Positions 32,988 to 43,770 are shown, numbered from the stretch's first letter. The stretch: 64,000 nucleotides of DNA from Candidatus Latescibacterota bacterium (GCA_965223905.1 CBDCXV010000001.1:544001-608000); one strand, 5' to 3'. The notes: generated from the sequence alone by a model not told the origin. Translations and numbers: made by a program.

Positions 32988-35456
32988 CTATTCGTAGCGC
33001 AGGGCGTCGACGGGGTCGGCATTGGCGGCCTTGTAGGCCTGATGGCCGGAACTGATCAAAACGGCGACGAGCGCAATCGCAGCGCCAGCGGTAAAATGCC
33101 AAACCGCCAAGTCGATGCGGAATGCGAAGCCGTTCAGCCAGTCACGCATCCACCACCAGGACAGGGGCCACGCCACCGCGGAGCCAATCAGGGCGAGAAA
33201 TGCAAACTCGCGGGTCATCAGCCCGGTGAGGCCGAGGACGCTGGCACCGAGGGCCTTGCGGATGCCGATTTCCCTGGTGCGGCGACCGGCGGCGAGGGCG
33301 GTGAGCGCAAAGGCACCAAGGGCGGAGATGAGCACGGCGCCGGCGGCGGCCCAGGTGATGAGGCGGCGCCAGCGCAGCTCGTCGCGGTAGGTCGCCTCCA
33401 AGTCCTGCTGCAGGAAGGAGAAGTGAAAATCCGCGTGGTCGACGATCCGGGTCCACGTCTCCTCCATGTAGCTGACGACCTCCTGCAGGTCCCCCGGCTT
33501 CACGCGCACGAGCATAAGGTCGGCTTCGTACCAGTCCGGCCCCAGGGTAGGGTTGAGCAGCAGCAGGCCCGGCGGGCCATGCTCGTAACCCGACTCGAAG
33601 GTGAAGTCCTTGACGACGCCGATGATCCGGAACTGGCCCCGGGACAGGCGTTCCCGGGCGCGCACCAGCTCGATCGTCTCTCCCAAGGGGTCGGCGAGTC
33701 CCAGACGCGCCGCGGCGCTTTCGGAGATCAGGGCGAGATGTGACTTGTCTCCCTGGTCCACCGAGAAGTCGCGGCCGCCTAACAGCTCCAGGTCCATGGT
33801 CTGCACGAAATGGTGGTCCACCACGTAGTGGCGGACCTTCGTCTCGCGGCCGCTCCCGGCCACGGCCAGGTGGTCGGTCCGGTGCGGCTCCTGCAGGAAG
33901 TCATCCTCCACCAGGGTCACCGAGGCGACCCGATGGTGCTGCAGAAAAGCCTCCACGAGGGCGGGATGGTCGGGGTACATGTCGTGGAGGGCATCCGCGT
34001 GCACGGCGATGACCCGCTCCTGGTCCATCCCCACGTCGCGGGCCATGACGTGCTCGAGCTGGTGGTACATGACCACGGTGCAGGTGATCAGGCCCGCGGA
34101 GATGGCCAGCTGCGCACAGACGAGCACGCGGCTGAACCGCGCCGTTCCGGCCATGGAGACGCTTCGCCGGATCGCGCTCAGGGGCGCCAGCCGGGAAAGG
34201 ACGAGGGCCGGATACCAGCCGGCCCCCAGGCTGACGAGCAGCAGCAGCGCCCCCAGCGCGGCGAGCATGCCCGGCTCGGACAGACCGAGGGTAAGCTCCT
34301 GGGAGAAGGTGGCGTTGAAGGCGGGCAGCAACAGCGACGCCAGCACGCACCCGGCCCACAGCCCGAGGACGGCGAGCACCGAGGACTCGCCGATGAACTG
34401 GCGGATCAACTGGTCCCGTCCGGCGCCCACCGCCTTGCGCACGCCCACCTCGGGGGCCCGCTGAGAGGCGCGGCCGATGGCGAGGTTGACGAAGTTGATG
34501 CACCCCATCAGCAGGACCGCCAGGGCGATGCCGCCGAGCACGTAGGAGACGTACGGGTCCCTCGGTTCCACGACGCCGTGCCCGACCCATCGAAGCAGGC
34601 CCGTGTCCGAGCGCAGGTCGGTGAGGGGCTGCAGACGGAAGAGGGAGAAGTCCTCGGGCATCTCGCCTTCTCCGGAGGTGAGCAGGTTCCGCGTCATCTG
34701 CGCGAGGGCGGGCGCCACGTCGGCCGGTTCGGCGCCGGCCGCGAGCAGGACGTAGGCATTGCAGGAGCCTTCCCACGCGTCCGGGGAGTCGTGGTAGAGA
34801 AGGTCCGTGTTGGCGAAGGGCAGCAGCATGTTGAAGCGGATCGACGAGGTCCGCGGGACCGGCGCGGCCACCCCGGTGACGATGAAGTCCTCCACATCGG
34901 CATCGGCGGTGGCCATCGAGGCGATCGTCAGGCTCTGCCCCAGCGGATCGGCGTCACCGAAGAGGCGTTGAGCCATCTCGTGTCCCAGGACGACGGAGTT
35001 GCGCTCGGCCAGGGCCGTGGAGGCGTTCCCCCGCAGCAGCGGGAAGTCGAAGACCTCGAAGAACGAGGGATCGACGAGGAGGAATTCCTCGTCCCGGGAG
35101 CTGCCCGCGAAGGTCGTGCGCACCACGCGGTCGTCCCTGTCGCTCCCTCTGCCCGCGCTGAGACGCACCGTGCGCTCCACGTGTGGGGAGAGGGCTTCCA
35201 GTTCGGGCGCGAAAGCAAATTCAATCGCGTCGGCTATGCGCGGCACTCCCTCCTCCGGATTCATTGACTCGACATAAACGCGAGAGATCCGGTCCGCTTT
35301 GCTGTGGAAGCGATCGTACGACCACTCCTGAGAGGCAAAGCGCCAGGCGAGCAAGCAGAAAGCCATGCCCAGGCCCAGCCCGGCGAGGTTGACGGCGGTA
35401 TGCAGTCGATGGCGCATCAGGGTGCGCACGGCGATAATCAGATTGTTGCGCAGCAT
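32988..35456 (-). CDS. MacB/FtsX-like duplicated ABC permease (P2)
   Basis: 822 aa; same two-repeat architecture, ends DPVDALRYE. Confidence 0.93.
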   Translation of the reverse strand: MLRNNLIIAVRTLMRHRLHTAVNLAGLGLGMAFCLLAWRFASQEWSYDRFHSKADRISRVYVESMNPEEGVPRIADAIEFAFAPELEALSPHVERTVRLSAGRGSDRDDRVVRTTFAGSSRDEEFLLVDPSFFEVFDFPLLRGNASTALAERNSVVLGHEMAQRLFGDADPLGQSLTIASMATADADVEDFIVTGVAAPVPRTSSIRFNMLLPFANTDLLYHDSPDAWEGSCNAYVLLAAGAEPADVAPALAQMTRNLLTSGEGEMPEDFSLFRLQPLTDLRSDTGLLRWVGHGVVEPRDPYVSYVLGGIALAVLLMGCINFVNLAIGRASQRAPEVGVRKAVGAGRDQLIRQFIGESSVLAVLGLWAGCVLASLLLPAFNATFSQELTLGLSEPGMLAALGALLLLVSLGAGWYPALVLSRLAPLSAIRRSVSMAGTARFSRVLVCAQLAISAGLITCTVVMYHQLEHVMARDVGMDQERVIAVHADALHDMYPDHPALVEAFLQHHRVASVTLVEDDFLQEPHRTDHLAVAGSGRETKVRHYVVDHHFVQTMDLELLGGRDFSVDQGDKSHLALISESAAARLGLADPLGETIELVRARERLSRGQFRIIGVVKDFTFESGYEHGPPGLLLLNPTLGPDWYEADLMLVRVKPGDLQEVVSYMEETWTRIVDHADFHFSFLQQDLEATYRDELRWRRLITWAAAGAVLISALGAFALTALAAGRRTREIGIRKALGASVLGLTGLMTREFAFLALIGSAVAWPLSWWWMRDWLNGFAFRIDLAVWHFTAGAAIALVAVLISSGHQAYKAANADPVDALRYE

Positions 35457-35458
35457 GA

Positions 35459-36133
35459 TTAATACCTTCGCTCTCGCTCTATCTTGCCGTCCAACAGATG
35501 CACCACCCGGCTGCCGTAGCCGGCGTTCTTCTCCGAGTGGGTCACCTGCACGATCGTGGTGCCCTCGTCTTTCAGCTCCCGCAGCATGGCCATCACCTCC
35601 TCCCCCTGCCGGGAGTTGAGGTTGCCCGTGGGTTCGTCGGCCAGGATCAGGCTGGGCTGGCCGATCAGGGCGCGGGCGACGCCGACGCGCTGCTGCTCGC
35701 CGCCGGAGAGCTGGTGCGGGAACAGGTCCTTCTTGGCCACCATCTGGAAGCGGTCGAGCAGCTCGCTCACCCGCGCCTTGCGCTCGGACCTCTTCACCTG
35801 CTGGTAGAGCAGGGGCATCTCCAGGTTTTCGTACACCGTCTGCTCGTCGATCAGGTGATAGGCCTGGAAGACGAAGCCGACGTGCCGGCGGTGCACCTCG
35901 GTGCGCTCCTTCTCCCCCATGCCGCTCACCTCCTGGCCGAGGAAGCGGTAGGTGCCGGCCGTCGGCTCGTCGAGCATGCCCATGATGTGGAGCAGCGTCG
36001 ACTTGCCGGCGCCGCTCGGCCCCATGATGGAGACGAACTCGCCCTTCTCCACCTTCAGGTGCACGTGGCGCAGGACGTAGGTCTTGAGGGAACCCGTCTG
36101 GTGGTACTTCTCGATGTCGTGCATCTCGATCAT
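35459..36133 (-). CDS. ABC transporter ATP-binding protein (MacB/LolD type)
   Basis: [30 protein letters not shown]. Confidence 0.96.
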   Translation of the reverse strand: MIEMHDIEKYHQTGSLKTYVLRHVHLKVEKGEFVSIMGPSGAGKSTLLHIMGMLDEPTAGTYRFLGQEVSGMGEKERTEVHRRHVGFVFQAYHLIDEQTVYENLEMPLLYQQVKRSERKARVSELLDRFQMVAKKDLFPHQLSGGEQQRVGVARALIGQPSLILADEPTGNLNSRQGEEVMAMLRELKDEGTTIVQVTHSEKNAGYGSRVVHLLDGKIERERRY

Positions 36134-36152
36134 GGCGGTCTCCTCTTGGCGG

Positions 36153-38582
36153 TTACTGCGTGTGCAGGGTTCTTGCGGGGTTGGTCAGGGCAGCTCGCAT
36201 GGCCTGGCCGCCAACCGTCAGCCCGGCGATGACGAAAGACAGAGCGCCCGACACCATGAACAGGGCGACGCCGATTTCCACGCGATAGGCATAGTCCTGC
36301 AGCCAGTGGTCGGCCAACCCGTAAGCGATTGGCACGCTGAGGAGGAAGGCGATGGCCACGGGTTTGGCGAAGTCGCCCAGCAGCATGGCGGTGATGCGGC
36401 CGGGGGAGGCACCGAACACCTTGCGGATGCCGATTTCCTTGGTGCGTGCTTGAGCAGCGTGGGCCGCCAGACCGAAGAGCCCTACCAAGGCGACGGCGAG
36501 GGCCGAAAAGAGAAGGAGGGTGAGTGTGCGTCCCACCTTCTGTTCCTCGGAGTGGAGTTTGGCGACGACCTCTTCCAGGGAATGGCGCTGGATGGGGCGG
36601 TAGGGAGCGGCGGCGGCCCACTTGTCGTCTATCACTTCGAGGGCTTCTTCGAGGTGGCCGGATTGCACTCGCACGATAATGACACTCACCCGTTTGTCGA
36701 TCTGTGCTATAATCAGTGGCTCAACTCTCTTTCGCGGACCGTGAAAATGGAAATCCTCGATCACCCCCACGATGCGCTTCTCCAGGCCGTGGCCATGGCC
36801 ATCGGGGCCGGGAAGGAAGCCGCCGGGAAGGAAGCCGCCGGGGATTGTCTTTCCCAGGGGTTCTTCCAATTCCAGCCAGCGCACGGCGGTCTCATTTATC
36901 ACGACCGCTTTGGCGTCGGCCGGCGCATCGGTCAGGGGGCGTCCCTGGACCATGCGCAATCCCATGATTTCAACGAAGTCGCCATCTGCTTCATACTCGC
37001 TTGTCGACATTTCCCCCTCCTCTCTGCTGTAGGTGGTGTACCTCCGTCCCGAACCCTGACCAGGTACTGTCGTGGAGAGACTCACCGCGACGATACGGCT
37101 GTCTTGAAGCAACTCAGCTTTGAGAGTTCGAGCTTGGTCTGCGGTAAGGCCGCCGTTCCGGGGGTTGTAGACGATGACAACCTGTTCCGGCTCCAACCCC
37201 AGGACGGAGTTCTCGCGGAGCAGGTTCTGGATGAAACTGATTTGGTGCCATATCAGCAGGGTCATCGTCATCAACGTCGCAGTAACGGTGAACTGCGCCA
37301 CCACCAGACCCCGGCGCAGGCGCGCCCCGCCGATGCGCCCCCCGCGCTCCAGGACCGCCGGCTGAAAGCATGCCACGACCCATGCCGGGTAGGCGCCCGC
37401 CGCCAGTCCGACCGCTACCGCCAGCGCCGCAGTCCCGGCGCAGGTCGAAATCGTCCAGCGGGGTGACCATTCAAAGTCGATTCCTCCAATCGCCGGCAGG
37501 AACAGAATCACGATTTCTGCCATGGCAACGCCAAGCAACGTGGCCCCGACGCTCAGCAGTACCGACTCGCTCAGGAATTGGCGAATAAGCTGGCCGCGAT
37601 GGGCGCCGAGGGCCTTGCGCACGCCTATTTCGTGCATCCGTCCCTGGGCACGCGCTGTCGCCAGGTTCACGTAGTTGAACCCGGCGATCGTCAGGAGCAC
37701 CATTGCCAAGGTGGCGAACAAAGCGAGGTGCATTGGGTTGCCACGCGGGCCGATGCCGCTGGGAGACTCCGTGTCGAAATAGATCGATTTCAAAGGCTGC
37801 AGCGAGTAGGAATCGGTAGCTTCGGGCAACCCCCTGGCTTCCTGAACGATATCTGAAATCCGCTCGGCTACCGTAGCGGCATCTGCATTGAGATTCAGCT
37901 GCACGAAGGTCTCGTAGGCATAAGTCTTCCAGCCCAAATCCTCTTCCCTTTGCGTGTGGTGCACAGTGGCCAAGGAGAGCAGGGCCGAGAACTGCAGCAA
38001 TGAGTTGGAGGGCAGTTGGCCGACGACGCCGGTAACCGTGCAATCGATGGCTTCGTTGTAGCGGACGATCTGGCCCATGGGATCGTCCTCTCCAAAGAGC
38101 CGCCGGGCCAGAGGTTCGGTCAGCACCATGGTGTAGGGGCGCGACAAAGCGGTCTTGGGGTCGCCACGCAGGAGAGACAAGCTGAACATTTCGAAAACAC
38201 TGGATTCCGCCCAACGAACCCCGCTCACACGAATCCCATTCTTGTCTCCGACTCTGAGAAGACGCGGCGCCTCCCCGGCGATTCGGACTGTTTCCTCGAC
38301 TTCGGGCATTCGCTCCTTCAGGGTCGGCCCAAGAGGTAGCGGCAGAGTTGCCCAGCGCAATCCCCAATCAGCCGGCAAATGGCGCGGGTCCTTTTTCTCG
38401 ATGACGCGGAAAACCCTGTTCTCTTCCTCGTGGAAGTCGCCCACGGAGAGCTGGTAGGCGGCCAACTGGATGACCAGCAGGCAGAGGGCCAAGCCTAGGG
38501 CCAGCCCGAAGAGGTTGATTGCCGCGTAGCCGCGCTCTCTCCACAGGTGGCGGAGGGCCGTGGTCAGGTAGTTGCCCAGCAT
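36153..38582 (-). CDS. MacB/FtsX-like duplicated ABC permease (P3)
   Basis: 809 aa; INLFGLALG, EIGVRKALGA, KEIGIRKVFGA. Confidence 0.93.
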   Translation of the reverse strand: MLGNYLTTALRHLWRERGYAAINLFGLALGLALCLLVIQLAAYQLSVGDFHEEENRVFRVIEKKDPRHLPADWGLRWATLPLPLGPTLKERMPEVEETVRIAGEAPRLLRVGDKNGIRVSGVRWAESSVFEMFSLSLLRGDPKTALSRPYTMVLTEPLARRLFGEDDPMGQIVRYNEAIDCTVTGVVGQLPSNSLLQFSALLSLATVHHTQREEDLGWKTYAYETFVQLNLNADAATVAERISDIVQEARGLPEATDSYSLQPLKSIYFDTESPSGIGPRGNPMHLALFATLAMVLLTIAGFNYVNLATARAQGRMHEIGVRKALGAHRGQLIRQFLSESVLLSVGATLLGVAMAEIVILFLPAIGGIDFEWSPRWTISTCAGTAALAVAVGLAAGAYPAWVVACFQPAVLERGGRIGGARLRRGLVVAQFTVTATLMTMTLLIWHQISFIQNLLRENSVLGLEPEQVVIVYNPRNGGLTADQARTLKAELLQDSRIVAVSLSTTVPGQGSGRRYTTYSREEGEMSTSEYEADGDFVEIMGLRMVQGRPLTDAPADAKAVVINETAVRWLELEEPLGKTIPGGFLPGGFLPGPDGHGHGLEKRIVGVIEDFHFHGPRKRVEPLIIAQIDKRVSVIIVRVQSGHLEEALEVIDDKWAAAAPYRPIQRHSLEEVVAKLHSEEQKVGRTLTLLLFSALAVALVGLFGLAAHAAQARTKEIGIRKVFGASPGRITAMLLGDFAKPVAIAFLLSVPIAYGLADHWLQDYAYRVEIGVALFMVSGALSFVIAGLTVGGQAMRAALTNPARTLHTQ

Positions 38583-38718
38583 GAGGGCTCCTTTCGTCGG
38601 GGTCCGTGCATCCTGCGTCGGCGCCTGGGCTTTGCACGGCGGTTCCCTTCCGGAACGCGGCCCGTTCCGGGTTTACGTTCCAGCACCTTCGAGATATTCC
38701 AGGCCACGACCCTGCCCG

Positions 38719-39090
38719 CTACTCGTATCTCAGGGCGTCGGCCGGGTTGGTCCGCGCCGCCAGCCAGGTCTGTCCGCTGACCGTGGCCAGGGCGACGGCG
38801 AGGACGCCGGCGCCGGCCAGCGCGAACCATTCCGGGCTCTGGTCGATGCGGTAGGCGTAGAAGGCGAGCCAGCGGTCGAGGACGAAGAAGGCAACGGGCA
38901 AGGCGATGGCGTTGGCGGCCACCACGAGCCATCCGAACTCGCGCGACATCAGCAGCAGGACGCTGCCGGTGGTAGCCCCGAGGACCTTGCGGATGCCGAT
39001 TTCCCGGGTGCGCCGGGCGGCGGCGAGGGCGGCGAGTCCGACGAGTCCCATGCAGGAGATGACCAGGGCGATGGCGCTCGTCCACCTCAT
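38719..39090. repeat. Near-identical 3' ends of permeases P4 and P5 (second copy about 41173-41550)
   Basis: About 370 bp nearly identical by eye; the last ~110 aa are identical in both translations. Confidence 0.9.
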
Positions 39091-41100
39091 GACGGTGCCG
39101 ACGCGCTGTTCTTCCCTGTAACGCCTTGCAAAGGATTCGTCGAGGAAGGTCACGCTGTGTAATTCGAATTCCGGAAGAACACGCTTCCATAACGTCTTCA
39201 CCTCTTCGACCGCCGCGGGCAGGTCGCGGTGGTCGAGTCGGAACAGGGTGTGACCGAACCAATCTCCCAATTTGGGCATAAGCGTCGTTAGAAAAGCCGG
39301 CCCTATGGCATGGCGCATATCCACGAAGTGGAAATCCTCGACTATTCCGATAACCGTCATCGGCTCGCCATCATTCTGGGGAGATGTCAAGGTGCGACCG
39401 ATCAGGTCTTCAGAGCCGAAGAAGCGCGCGGCGGTCTCGTTTAGCAGGACACCGTGCGGCAGATTGGGATCGAAGCCTTGCCCAGAAAGGACCTTGATAC
39501 CCATGACGCTCAGGAAGTTTGGACTCACATAGAAGGGCTTGGCGTGGAGCTCGTTTTCATCGGATTGGATTGGTCTGGGGCCCGGACCGCCAAAGCCGGG
39601 TGCTGCATAGGCACCGGTGACTCCCTGTACAAGTCCCGGTCGGGAATTGATCTCGTTGGCGAGGCGCTCAATCTGCAAAGCATTGAGACCGCCTCTAGCT
39701 AGCACGACCCGGTCGCCGTCGAAGCCCAAATCCTTGGTTTGCATGAAGTCGAGCTGCCGCTCCATGGTGATCGTCACGACGACGAGGACGGCCGACAAAG
39801 CGAACTGCACGACAATCAGACCGCGACCGAGCAGACCGCGACCGGCCTGAGGCGTCTTCCGGGCCAGTGCCCAAACGGGATGGAGCCGCGCAACGACCTG
39901 GGCCGGATACAAGCCCGAGAGTACGCCGACCACCGTGGCAAGGATTAAGGCACCTATCCCCGTCTCGACTGAAAACCACTCGATCTCCAGCTGCTGATGC
40001 ACGACCGCGTTAAACGTCGGAAGCACGGCTTCGGCAAGGCCCATACCAGCGACGATGGCGATCAGGCTTACCACGATTGCTTCGGCGAGAAACTGGTTGG
40101 AAAGCTGGTGGCGCGTCGCGCCGATCGCTTTGCGCACCCCGACTTCCAAGGTTCGCGTCATGGCGCGGCTCATAGCGAGGTTGACGAAATTGATGGCAGC
40201 GATCAGCAGCACGACCGCGGCCAGCCCCGCCAGCAGATAGACATGCTCGACCGTGCCAACACCAAGGCTGGCGGGTCCCGTTATACCAGGTCCCGAGTGA
40301 GCGCCCGCAAAAGGTTGCAACTTCAATCGGTCCCGCACGATCAGGGGCTCCAGCCGCGTTTCCACTTCGGCAGACTCTACCCCCTCTTCGAGTTCAACAA
40401 AAAGCCCGGACACGCCCATGAATTTCAAAGCCTTGGCCGTTCCTGCGGGCACGAGTACGTCCAGCCACAGAATGGTAGGCCCCGGCAGGGGAGCCAGCAC
40501 CCCCGTGACGGTACGTTCCACCTCGATGGGCGTCTCCTTCGGTGGCGACATCGAGTAGTCCCACTCGACGGTGTGCAGCCGGATGCGCTCGCCCACCATG
40601 GCGTGGGCTGGCACCTCGGGGCCGAAGTACTTCCGCGCGGTCTCGTGGGCGAGCACAACGCTCTGCGGATCGTCGAGGGCGGTCGCCGCATCGCCCGCAG
40701 CCAGCGGCAAGGTGAACATGGTGAGAAAGGCCGGATCGACAGCGAGGAAGGACTCACCAAAGTTTGCATCGCCATACGAGACTTGCCCGTATCCCGTCTT
40801 CATGGAAACCGATTCGCGGATGCCGGTGACTTTAGTGCGCACGTCCTCGCGCAGACTGTAACCTGTCATCGTGGAACGGTTGAAGTCGGAACCGGGTTTT
40901 GGCTCTATCAGTTCACGATAGATGACGAATATTCGGTCCCTTTTTTCGTGCCAAGTGTCGAAGGATGTCTCATGGCGCACGAACAGCAGAGACAGGACCG
41001 CCACGGCAAAGGCCGCGGACAGGCCGACGATGTTGATCAGCGAGATCGTCCTGTTGCGTCCCAGCACGCGCAGGGCAATGATCAGGTTGCTCTTCCACAT
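38719..41100 (-). CDS. MacB/FtsX-like duplicated ABC permease (P4)
   Basis: 793 aa; close paralog of P5. Confidence 0.93.
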   Translation of the reverse strand: MWKSNLIIALRVLGRNRTISLINIVGLSAAFAVAVLSLLFVRHETSFDTWHEKRDRIFVIYRELIEPKPGSDFNRSTMTGYSLREDVRTKVTGIRESVSMKTGYGQVSYGDANFGESFLAVDPAFLTMFTLPLAAGDAATALDDPQSVVLAHETARKYFGPEVPAHAMVGERIRLHTVEWDYSMSPPKETPIEVERTVTGVLAPLPGPTILWLDVLVPAGTAKALKFMGVSGLFVELEEGVESAEVETRLEPLIVRDRLKLQPFAGAHSGPGITGPASLGVGTVEHVYLLAGLAAVVLLIAAINFVNLAMSRAMTRTLEVGVRKAIGATRHQLSNQFLAEAIVVSLIAIVAGMGLAEAVLPTFNAVVHQQLEIEWFSVETGIGALILATVVGVLSGLYPAQVVARLHPVWALARKTPQAGRGLLGRGLIVVQFALSAVLVVVTITMERQLDFMQTKDLGFDGDRVVLARGGLNALQIERLANEINSRPGLVQGVTGAYAAPGFGGPGPRPIQSDENELHAKPFYVSPNFLSVMGIKVLSGQGFDPNLPHGVLLNETAARFFGSEDLIGRTLTSPQNDGEPMTVIGIVEDFHFVDMRHAIGPAFLTTLMPKLGDWFGHTLFRLDHRDLPAAVEEVKTLWKRVLPEFELHSVTFLDESFARRYREEQRVGTVMRWTSAIALVISCMGLVGLAALAAARRTREIGIRKVLGATTGSVLLLMSREFGWLVVAANAIALPVAFFVLDRWLAFYAYRIDQSPEWFALAGAGVLAVALATVSGQTWLAARTNPADALRYE

Positions 41101-41165
41101 AGTCCCGTTCCTTGAGTTCCCAGGGTCGCCGGCTTCAGCGCTCCCTGGCTATGTTCGCGGTCATC
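41005..41165. repeat. Duplicated permease 5' end, leader and ATPase 3' tail (second copy about 43642-43800)
   Basis: Identical first 30 codons (MWKSNLIIALRVLGRNRTISLINIVGLSAA) and a shared leader ccgttccttgagttccc..cgccggcttcagcgctccctggc.atgttc.cggtca. Confidence 0.9.
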
Positions 41166-41172
41166 CTTCTCT

Positions 41173-43737
41173 CTACTCGTACCTCAGCGCATCCGCAGGG
41201 TTGGTCCGCGCCGCCAGCCAGGTCTGTCCGCTGACGGTCGCCAGGGCGACGGCGAGGACGCCGGCACCTGCCAGCGCGAACCATTCCGGGCTCTGGTCGA
41301 TGCGGTAGGCGTAGAAGGCGAGCCAGCGGTCGAGGACAAAGAAGGCGACGGGCAAGGCGATGGCGTTGGCGGCCACCACGAGCCATCCGAACTCGCGCGA
41401 CATCAGCAGCAGGACGCTGCCGGTGGTAGCCCCGAGGACCTTGCGGATGCCGATTTCCCGGGTGCGCCGCGCCGCGGCGAGGGCGGCGAGCCCGACGAGT
41501 CCCATGCAGGAGATGATCAGGGCGATCGCGCTTATCCACTTCATGACCGTGCCGACCCGCCGTTCGGTTTCGTATCTCGCTGCGAAGGCTTCGTCGAGGA
41601 AGCGCACTTCCTCCAATTCATGCTCCGGCAGCACCCGTTCCCACAGCGCCTTCACTTCCTCGACGGCTGCAGGCAGGTCGACGCGGTCGAGCCGGAAAAG
41701 GGTTGTGAACCTGACGTCTCCCTGCAATCCGGGCTCGACCGCGGTCAGGAAGGCCGGCCCTACGGTGTGGCGCATGTCCTCGTAGTGGAAATCCTCGACA
41801 ATTCCGATGACCGTCATCACTACATCATCATCACCTCCCGGCATTTCCCCGAAGAGACTCCCGTCTACAATCATAAATCCACCCGAAACGAATTGGCGGA
41901 ATTGGCGTATAGTCAGGGTGCGGCCGATCAGGTCCTCGGGTCCCAGGAGGCGGGCTGCGGTCTCGTTGAGGAGGATGCCGCTTCGCAGACGGGGCTCGTC
42001 GCTCCGGCCAAAGCCTTGCCCGGAGAGGAGATCGATTCCCATGACGCGCAGGAAATCCGGACTTACGTGGAAACCTGTGGCGCGAATGGTGTTCTCACCG
42101 AGTTGGATTGAAATAGGGATATTGAAGCCAGTGCCAGGTGTCGGCCGAGTGCCGGCGACCCCCCTGACCAGTCCCGGCCGGGAATCGATCTCGCCGGCGA
42201 GACGCTCGATCTGCAAAGCTTTGAGAGAGTCTTTGCTGCGGATCGATACAACCTGGTCGCCGTCGAACCCCAGGTTTGTGCGCATGAAATCGAGTTGCCG
42301 TTCCATGGTGACCGTCACCACGACGAGGAAGGCCGACAGGGCGAACTGCAGGACGATGAGACCGCGGCCGATGCGGCCGCGGCCGAGTTGGGGCACCTTC
42401 CTGGAGAGGGCACGAACCGGGTGAATCCGGGAGATGACCTGGGCGGGGTAGAAGCCCGAGAAAACGCCGACCAACAAGGCCAGGGTCACAGCGCCTGTCC
42501 CGGTCTCGATGGACAGCCACTCGAGCTCGAGCTGCCGGGACACGGCTTGGTTGAAGGCAGGCAGCAGTAATTCGGCCAGGGCCATGCCTCCGGCGACGGC
42601 GATCAGGCTGACGACGATGGCTTCGGCGAGGAATTGGATGGAGAGCTGGGGGCGGGTGGCGCCGATCGCCTTGCGCAGGCCGACTTCGAGCGTCCGCGTC
42701 ATGGCCCGGCCCAGGGCGAGGTTGACGAAGTTGATGGCGGCGATCAGCAGCACGACGGCGGCCAGCCCGGCCAGCAGGTAGCAGTGCTCGATCTTGCCGC
42801 TGCCGATGCTGGCGAAAGCTCCCTGTATTTCGGGTCCAAAGTGTGCCCCCTGAAGAGGTACCAGGTCGAGTCGGATATTGAAGATTTGGTCCTCGCCCGC
42901 CAGAGGTGCCAGTCGTGTTTCCATTTCCTTCGGTTTCACGCCCTCTTCGATCTCTATAAACAGCCCGCCTGTGCCCGCAACCAGCTCTGTGCCCGTAATT
43001 TGCAGCTCATCGGTTGTTGCGGTGGGTACAAATACATCGGTATGCAGAATTGAAGGCCCGGGCAGAGGAGCCAGCACTCCAGCGATAGTGAGTTCCATCT
43101 CAACAGTCGTGTCTTTCCACGTAGGAAGAGTATGAGTATGGGTATGAGTAGGAGTGTGATGCGTTTCCATCTCCGGAGTCGTTTCCAGTTTATGAAGGAC
43201 GACGTGCATCCGGAGGCGCTTCCCCAGCATGGCGCGGGGGGAAACGTCGGAGCCGAAGTACGTCTGTGCCGTCTCGTGGCCGAGGACGACACTGTGGGGA
43301 TCGTCGAGGGCGGTCGCGGCGTCCCCGGCGGCCAGCGGGAGGGTGAACAGGGTGAGGAAGGCCGGATCTACAGCGAGGAGTTTCTCCTGGAAAGTCGTCT
43401 CGCCGGTCGAAACCATACAGTTCCACCGGTTCATCAGGATCGATTCGCCGATACCTGGGACGTTCGTGCGCACCGCCTCGCGAAATCCGGGACGTATCCA
43501 GGCGGTGTTCCTCTTGAAGCTGCCAAAATCAGCCCCAGGGTCCTGATCTTCTAAATGGACGTAGAAGATCCGGTCGCCCTTTTCGTGCCATGAGTCGTAG
43601 GAGAACTCGTGACGCACGAACAGCAGACACAGCACCACCACCGCCAGGGCCGCGGACAGTCCGACGATGTTGATCAGCGAGATCGTCCTGTTGCGTCCCA
43701 GCACGCGCAGGGCAATGATCAAATTGCTCTTCCACAT
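41173..43737 (-). CDS. MacB/FtsX-like duplicated ABC permease (P5)
   Basis: 854 aa; paralog of P4 with expanded periplasmic loops. Confidence 0.93.
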   Translation of the reverse strand: MWKSNLIIALRVLGRNRTISLINIVGLSAALAVVVLCLLFVRHEFSYDSWHEKGDRIFYVHLEDQDPGADFGSFKRNTAWIRPGFREAVRTNVPGIGESILMNRWNCMVSTGETTFQEKLLAVDPAFLTLFTLPLAAGDAATALDDPHSVVLGHETAQTYFGSDVSPRAMLGKRLRMHVVLHKLETTPEMETHHTPTHTHTHTLPTWKDTTVEMELTIAGVLAPLPGPSILHTDVFVPTATTDELQITGTELVAGTGGLFIEIEEGVKPKEMETRLAPLAGEDQIFNIRLDLVPLQGAHFGPEIQGAFASIGSGKIEHCYLLAGLAAVVLLIAAINFVNLALGRAMTRTLEVGLRKAIGATRPQLSIQFLAEAIVVSLIAVAGGMALAELLLPAFNQAVSRQLELEWLSIETGTGAVTLALLVGVFSGFYPAQVISRIHPVRALSRKVPQLGRGRIGRGLIVLQFALSAFLVVVTVTMERQLDFMRTNLGFDGDQVVSIRSKDSLKALQIERLAGEIDSRPGLVRGVAGTRPTPGTGFNIPISIQLGENTIRATGFHVSPDFLRVMGIDLLSGQGFGRSDEPRLRSGILLNETAARLLGPEDLIGRTLTIRQFRQFVSGGFMIVDGSLFGEMPGGDDDVVMTVIGIVEDFHYEDMRHTVGPAFLTAVEPGLQGDVRFTTLFRLDRVDLPAAVEEVKALWERVLPEHELEEVRFLDEAFAARYETERRVGTVMKWISAIALIISCMGLVGLAALAAARRTREIGIRKVLGATTGSVLLLMSREFGWLVVAANAIALPVAFFVLDRWLAFYAYRIDQSPEWFALAGAGVLAVALATVSGQTWLAARTNPADALRYE

Positions 43738-43770
43738 GGTCCGTTCCTTGAGTTCCCCGGTTCGCCGGCT

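Noticed and set aside
38719-43737. Diversity-generating retroelement or integron driving permease variation
   Set aside because: No reverse transcriptase, integrase or attC sites seen; the differences between copies are not adenine-specific.
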